64,000 bases of DNA from an uncultured Actinomycetes bacterium (GTDB taxonomy: Bacteria > Actinomycetota > Acidimicrobiia > IMCC26256 > PALSA-610): assembly GCA_963841215.1 (NCBI GenBank), contig CAWJBW010000004.1, forward strand, positions 193,870 to 257,869, read 5' to 3'. Shown piece after piece: positions 59,626-64,000 of this stretch (its first letter is position 1; each line of letters starts with the position of its first letter). A program made the position numbers and the translations under genes. Below the pieces are notes generated by a model, which saw only the letters and a list, made by a program, of their open reading frames with translations, was not told where the DNA came from and ran no database searches.

Positions 59626-59751
59626 CCAGCCGCGGTCACAGGCGGTCGCATTGCGAGAACCTCTGCCAAAGATGTACCCAGCTCTTTGGTTGATGGCCGG
59701 GCTCGCAAGTATTCCAGAAACTCGGCCAGCCGCATCGTTCCGTCCACCGCT

Positions 59752-59770
59752 GCTATCCCGATTCGGCACG
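59752..59770 (-). promoter_or_regulatory. 19-nt box, copy 5 (overlaps the AraC 3' end and faces a 50-codon ORF)
   Basis: Minus strand reads CGTGCCGAATCGGGATAGC. An ATG follows 16 nt downstream at 59735. Confidence 0.35.
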
Positions 59771-60298
59771 CGCCCTCGCGCGCGCGACGGTTTCGCTGGG
59801 TGATTCGCCGAACAGCGCTCGGTACTGGCCGGCAAAGCGACTGAGGTGCCAGAAACCGAAGTCGCACGCAGCGCGGGTTACCGAATTGCGCGCAAACGGA
59901 CCGTCGAGAAGCCGGCGTCGCACCTCGCGCAGCGCCGCTGCGCGTAGGTAGGCGGTTGGCGACATGCCGTGGCAGTCGTTGAATGCATCGCGCACTCGTC
60001 GTTCGGAGACACCAGCCGCCGCGCTCAGATCGCTCAGCGTCACCCTCTGGTACTGCATGCTCGCCGCGTACTGCACGCACGCCCATACGATGTGCAAGCT
60101 GGCGGGGCGCACCCGCGGCGCGAGTGCTCGGCGGGCGAATCCCGCCGCGATGTCAGGGTCCGGGTCATACGAACGCTTCTGACCGACGTGTCGCTGCCGG
60201 TTGGGCAGCGTGACATCGACGATCCGCAGTTGCCGTTCGATACGTCGCCGTGGCTCGACGCTGTCGTGCTGCTCGCTCGCGTCTGTGCTCATCGCCAA
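59753..60298 (-). CDS. AraC-family transcriptional regulator, short form (double HTH, no recognisable sensor domain)
   Basis: ..VTLSDLSAAAGVSERRVRDAFNDCHGMSPTAYLRAAALREVRRRL...VTRAACDFGFWHLSRFAGQYRALFGESPSET.. 181 aa. Confidence 0.75.
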   Translation of the reverse strand: MAMSTDASEQHDSVEPRRRIERQLRIVDVTLPNRQRHVGQKRSYDPDPDIAAGFARRALAPRVRPASLHIVWACVQYAASMQYQRVTLSDLSAAAGVSERRVRDAFNDCHGMSPTAYLRAAALREVRRRLLDGPFARNSVTRAACDFGFWHLSRFAGQYRALFGESPSETVARARARAESG

Positions 60299-60403
60299 CG
60301 CGCCACCTCCGCGTCGAACCGATCATCTGAGCGCATGATCTGCCCGTGCGGCGCAGCTGTCGTCCTGCGCATTGGATGTTTCGGGAGCTCCGGTGTGGAG
60401 GCG

Positions 60404-60424
60404 CTCTCATCCGATTCGGATGAC
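60404..60424 (-). promoter_or_regulatory. 19-nt box, variant copy 6 (faces the AraC gene)
   Basis: Minus strand reads GTCATCCGAATCGGATGAGAG. It contains the near-palindrome CATCCGAATCGGATG, about 105 nt upstream of the AraC ATG. Confidence 0.35.
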
Positions 60425-60438
60425 GTTCGAACGGCGCG

Positions 60439-60786
60439 TCAGCGTTGGAGGGCACCGTCGATGTCGTATCCGATGCCGCGCGCGATTGCAGGAGCTGCAG
60501 AGGCGACTCGGGCGTGACCAACGATCGTCGCGACGCTGATCAACGTCGCAACGATGTCTTCGTCGCAGGCACCCGCTTCGAACGCGCGCGCGATCGCGCT
60601 CCGGCAGAGTGCCTCGGGTGCGCCGAGCGCCACGAGCGCGCTGATGCGGACGAGCGCGTCGGCCTTGGGCTCGAGCGCGGCGAACCGAGCGTCCCGAGCC
60701 GAGAGCTCGGCCGTGAAGCTGTCGTCGCCGGTCGCGCACCGAGCGAGCACGTGCCGTTTGCGTTCCACGCTGCACCTCACAAACAA
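60439..60786 (-). CDS. Carboxymuconolactone decarboxylase (AhpD-like) family protein, paralog 1
   Basis: ..ALVRISALVALGAPEALCRSAIARAFEAGACDEDIVATLISVATIVGHARVASAAPAIARGIGYDID.. Similar along its length to 63376..63723. Confidence 0.6.
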   Translation of the reverse strand: MFVRCSVERKRHVLARCATGDDSFTAELSARDARFAALEPKADALVRISALVALGAPEALCRSAIARAFEAGACDEDIVATLISVATIVGHARVASAAPAIARGIGYDIDGALQR

Positions 60787-60874
60787 CGAGGCGCACTTGC
60801 TTGCCCTCTATTCGAGCGGGTTCGCAGCGCGCCGGCAACATCCAAATGGCATGAAATCGGAGGCGCCGAACGGG

Positions 60875-63271
60875 CTACGTCTCGAGCAACCCGATCTCGT
60901 GGAGCCGCTCGATCGCTTCGTTGCGCGAAGAGACCCCCAGCTTCTGATAGATGGAGATCGCCTGGGACTTCACCGTGTTACGCGAGAGGTGGAGCCGCGC
61001 GCCGACCTGCGGGTAACTGAGGTGGGTGGGCAGGAACGGTACGAGCCGAAGTTCGGCAGCGGTGAGCGACGATGCGCCAACCTTTCCAGTGCGCATCGTG
61101 TCGAGTTTCGACTCGAGCTCGTCGACCTCCTTGGGAAGCACGCCCAGATCGGGCCGCTTCTGCAAGATGTCGCGCGCCTGCCGCAGGACTTCCCGGGCGC
61201 CCGCAGTGTCCTCGAGGGCAAGGTAGGTGCGGGCCAGCTCGATCAGTGTCTGCACCGAGTAGGCGGGACGCGCGTAGGTGAGCAGTGGCCGCAGCCGCGC
61301 CGCCCGCGTGACCTCGTCGCGTGCCCGTTCGACGTCGCCGCGATGAAGCGCAGCGCGCGCCGCCAAGGTGTACGCGAGCGCGCTCTCCGTGTAGTCGCCG
61401 AGGCCGAACTGCTGCACGGCCGAGCTCGCCTCCTCGGCGAAGCTCTCGACCGCGGTCCAGTCACCGCGGCCGAGCGCGCAGTACCCACGCGCGGCAAGCG
61501 CGAGCACCACGGCCGCGCCGGCACTCGTGCCCAGCCGACGTCTACCGCCTGGGCAAAGATCGGGTCGGCGCGGTCCGCGTCACCGCCGAGGAGAAGGATA
61601 TCCGGAGCACGAGTGCGGCGCGAGGTCTCGTGCCCAGTACCGACATCTACCGCCTGGGCAAAGCTCGGGTCGGCTCGGTCCGCGTCACCGCCGAGGAGCA
61701 AGGAATATCCACGCAGCACGAGCGCGGCGGATCGGATCCCGCTTCCCGCACCCAGGCCATCGATCGCGCTCTCCACGTCACGTCGCATCGCGTCGATGCC
61801 GTCCCGACACTGAAAGCCGCGAAGAATGGCGCGCCAACTCGCCAACGTACTGCCGTCGGGAAGAATCCGCTCGGGCGATCCGCGTTCTGCGCCCGTGCCT
61901 CCATCAAGGAGCAGCGCCGGCGATGGGTGTTCCGCGGCGATGGCCCAGCGCTCGGCTGCGGCCGCATCGCCAGTGTTGATATGGAAGAGTGCACCGAGCA
62001 CCGCGACCGCGGGATACTGCTCGACCAGGTCCTCGTCCTCGAACCACGCGAGCCATCGCCGGGCGGTCTCGCGGCGTCCCTCGGCGAATGCCTTCTGCGC
62101 GTTCAGCAGCATGAGCCGATTGACCCGGTCAACGTCGAAGCCGCGTTTGCGCGTGGTCGATCGCCAGCTCGGGCATGCGGTTCGCCTCGCACCACTCCGC
62201 GGCGCGGACGTGCAGCGCCTTGACGAGGTCGGGCTCACGACGCTGCAACTCGGCCCGCAGCAGGTCGCGGAACAGGTGATGGTACCGGTACCACTCGCCG
62301 TGCCGGTCGAGTGCGACGAGCAGAAGGTTCGAATGCGCGAGCGATTCCAGGACCGCACCCGAGCCCGCGCGGTCGAGTACCGCATCGCAGAGCCGTCCGC
62401 TCATTCGATCGAGCACGGATGTTCGCGTCAGGAACGAGACCTCGGCTTCCGAGAGGCGGGCGAGCAGTTCGGTGCGCAGATAGTCCGCCATCAGCCGGTC
62501 GTCGCCGGAAAACGGAACGCCGGCGTGTTCTCGCGAGCCACCGGCCTTCAATGCGAGCGCCGCGAGGTACAGCCCTACCGGCCATCCTTCGGTGCGGTCG
62601 AGCAGTTGGTCCATCTCGGCGTCAGTGAGTTGCACGCCAACGGCATCGAACAGCGCGCGCCCCTCGAGACCCGTCATCGCGAGCTCGTCGACACCGACCT
62701 CTACGACGTCAGCGCCGGCGCGAAGCCGCGCCATGGGGAGCGGTGGTTCGGCGCGCGTCCCGAGCGCGAGCCGCGAGCCGGTCGGAAGGTGGAGTGCAAG
62801 CTCGGCGATCGTGTCGAGGCATTGGTCGTTTTCGAGCGCCTCGACATGGTCGAGGACGAGGACGACCGGCTCCTTCATTCCTGACATTGCCGACGCGACA
62901 CGTGACGCGACAGTGGCAACCGAGTGACGGCCGTCAGTAGATCGCAGCGCTTCGGATCCGATGGGTTCGACCCGATCGAGGGCGGCCGCGGTGTACGACA
63001 CCAGCCGCCCGAGATCGTTGTCGTGCCGGTCGATCGAGAGCCACGCGACGCGAGAAGGGTGACGCCGCGACCATTCGGCCAGCAGCGTCGTCTTGCCGTA
63101 GCCCGGCGGCGCGGCAACAACCGTGATCGGCACGTCCGACGCATCGAGTCGATCGACGAGTGCGGCACGGGAGACGAGCGCCGCGTGGGCGACCGGCGGA
63201 TGCAGTTTCGACTCGAACAGATCCTGCGGGGGCCTTCGCCGGCCGGGCCCGCTGCCTTCACCTGCGCTCAC
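60875..63271 (-). CDS. LuxR-family large ATP-binding regulator (LAL/MalT-like), frame-disrupted
   Basis: N-terminal ..VVAAPPGYGKTTLL.. is a Walker A, followed by ..EGWPVGLYLAAL.., helical repeats and a C-terminal ..LTAAELRLVPFL..LSRNTVKSQAISIYQKLGV.. (GerE-type HTH). Stitched from ORFs 62129..63271, 61243..62385 and 60875..61510 with at least 3 frame switches. Confidence 0.8.
61527..61733. repeat. Imperfect tandem duplication (~103-nt period, 2 units) inside the LuxR-LAL gene
   Basis: GTGCCCAG(..)CCGAC(G/A)TCTACCGCCTGGGCAAAG(A/C)TCGGGTCGGC(G/T)CGGTCCGCGTCACCGCCGAGGAG... occurs twice. On the coding strand each unit encodes ..LLLGGDADRADP(S/I)FAQAVDVG.. Confidence 0.7.
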
Positions 63272-63375
63272 CGTGGATCGACCCCCGGCGTCAGCTCACC
63301 CCTAACACTAAGCGCCGGAGGTTGACAGGGCCAAAGACGTCACCGGATGTTCATGTCCGCCCGTCGTTGTGTCGG

Positions 63376-63723
63376 CTACCCCTGATCCGGGACATCGAGC
63401 TCGTATCCAAGCGCTGACGCGAGTACGGGCGCAGCTGAGGCGACTCGCGCGATGCCAACGATGGGAGCGACGCTCATGAGGACGCCGGTCACCTCGTCAT
63501 CACGCACTCCGGCCGCACGGGCAACACTGACGGCCCACTGGTAGGAAGGAGCCCCCGACTCGGTGGCGATGAGCGCGGCGAGTCGAACCAGGGCGTGCGT
63601 CTTGTCGCCGAGCTCGGAATTCTCGAGGTCCGTGATCTCGCCGGCGAAGATCGATCCGATCGTGCCGTCGTCGCTCACGGCCAAGCGCCGCAACAGACCC
63701 GCGCACACGGGCTCGTCCCTCAT
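63376..63723 (-). CDS. Carboxymuconolactone decarboxylase (AhpD-like) family protein, paralog 2
   Basis: ..ALVRLAALIATESGAPSYQWAVSVARAAGVRDDEVTGVLMSVAPIVGIARVASAAPVLASALGYELD.. Confidence 0.6.
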   Translation of the reverse strand: MRDEPVCAGLLRRLAVSDDGTIGSIFAGEITDLENSELGDKTHALVRLAALIATESGAPSYQWAVSVARAAGVRDDEVTGVLMSVAPIVGIARVASAAPVLASALGYELDVPDQG

Positions 63724-63844
63724 TCGTCAGCTCTGGGCGTCGAGCGCTCTACGCATAGGCCTTGCCATTCAGCGATGAGCGGATCTGGGGAGACCGCGCC
63801 AACTCGTCTGTTCACTTCGATGGTGTTCCCGTCGCAGTCACGCA

Positions 63845-63865
63845 GCTATCCGATTTCGGCAGGTG
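63845..63865 (-). promoter_or_regulatory. 19-nt box, copy 7 (faces the CMD-LuxR-CMD unit)
   Basis: Minus strand reads CACCTGCCGAAATCGGATAGC, about 120 nt upstream of the ATG at 63723. Back-to-back with copy 8, 22 nt apart. Confidence 0.45.
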
Positions 63866-63887
63866 CCTCACGGATGCTCAGCCGGTT

Positions 63888-63905
63888 GTGCCGATTCGGG
63901 ATAGC
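63888..63905 (+). promoter_or_regulatory. 19-nt box, copy 8 (faces a plus-strand gene running off the window)
   Basis: GTGCCGATTCGGGATAGC. An ATG at 63969 opens a frame (MILDELAAVN...) that continues past nt 64000. Confidence 0.4.
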
Positions 63906-64000
63906 GCCGGACGCGCGTCGACGTTCGAATGGCAGTGTGAGCTGGACAACTCAGCGCTCGCGGCGAAGATGATCCTCGACGAGCTCGCCGCTGTGAACGT

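Noticed and set aside
60845-60870. Partial box match TGGCATGAAATCGGAGGCG between CMD paralog 1 and the LuxR stop
   Set aside because: About 13 of 19 positions match. It points toward the plus strand, where no gene exists. It lacks both the GCCG and the GATAGC ends.
61527-61733. CRISPR-like or minisatellite array
   Set aside because: There are only two units with no spacers, the units lie inside a coding region, and each encodes a protein repeat.
54289-63905. Reading the 19-nt box as a SigF/SigB-type promoter (GTTT-N15-17-GGGTAT), with GGGATA as the -10
   Set aside because: Only copy 1 has a GTTC about 16 nt upstream of GGGATA. The other copies show no conserved -35-like element at a fixed distance, and conservation lies immediately 5' of GGATAG instead.

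Overview
Visibly GC-rich chromosomal segment that looks actinobacterial (Actinomycetota). The evidence for that is gene content, a tmRNA tag ending in ALAA, and a mec-cysO-cysM...murI-MBL-rph-rdgB block in the order I recall for M. tuberculosis Rv1334-Rv1341. I can support about 64 protein genes, one tmRNA (ssrA) and several non-coding repeat or operator-like elements. There are no rRNA genes, tRNA genes or CRISPR arrays.

Layout:
- 0-13.7 kb: accessory enzymes and regulators, including an SDR/CPBP, a serine hydrolase, an amidohydrolase, an HD protein, a ferredoxin, a large SARP-cyclase-ATPase-TPR regulator, an MpaB oxygenase and a DMT transporter.
- 13.7-17 kb: ileS.
- 17-29 kb: one long minus-strand block with two tandem esterases, rdgB, rph, an MBL hydrolase, murI, Sua5/TsaC, cysM, cysO, mec, a molybdopterin oxidoreductase and a nitronate monooxygenase.
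- 29-38 kb: BKACE, smpB, thioredoxin, ndh, an acyl-ACP desaturase, an orphan PIN, a DEAD-box helicase, VOC, DUF2889, a methyltransferase and then ssrA.
- 38.3-50.7 kb: a 12.4-kb block of CoA-transferase, acyl-CoA dehydrogenase, hotdog hydratase and thiolase-like genes. It is bracketed by a 23-bp direct repeat of the tmRNA 3' end, which makes it a candidate integrase-less island.
- 50.8-64 kb: ion-transport and stress-type genes (two SulP/STAS transporters, a K+ channel, DUF2252, DUF1269-like, PLDc_N/SHOCT, small membrane proteins) plus AraC and LuxR-LAL regulators and two CMD-family paralogs. These units are preceded by eight oriented copies of one ~19-nt box.

Most interesting signals:
- The oriented 19-nt box family, a candidate local regulon.
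- The ssrA-bounded catabolic island with repeat clusters just inside both ends.
- A REP-like ~55-bp palindromic element present three times.
- Two AT-rich operator-like palindromes that share CTACCT/AGGTAG half-sites.
- Strong regional clustering of frame disruptions. ileS alone changes frame at least 15 times, which I read as local sequence-quality problems rather than biology.

Limits: no BLAST, HMM or folding was run. All family calls come from reading the translations. Coordinates of frame-disrupted genes are approximate, and their spans are stitched across ORF-track fragments.
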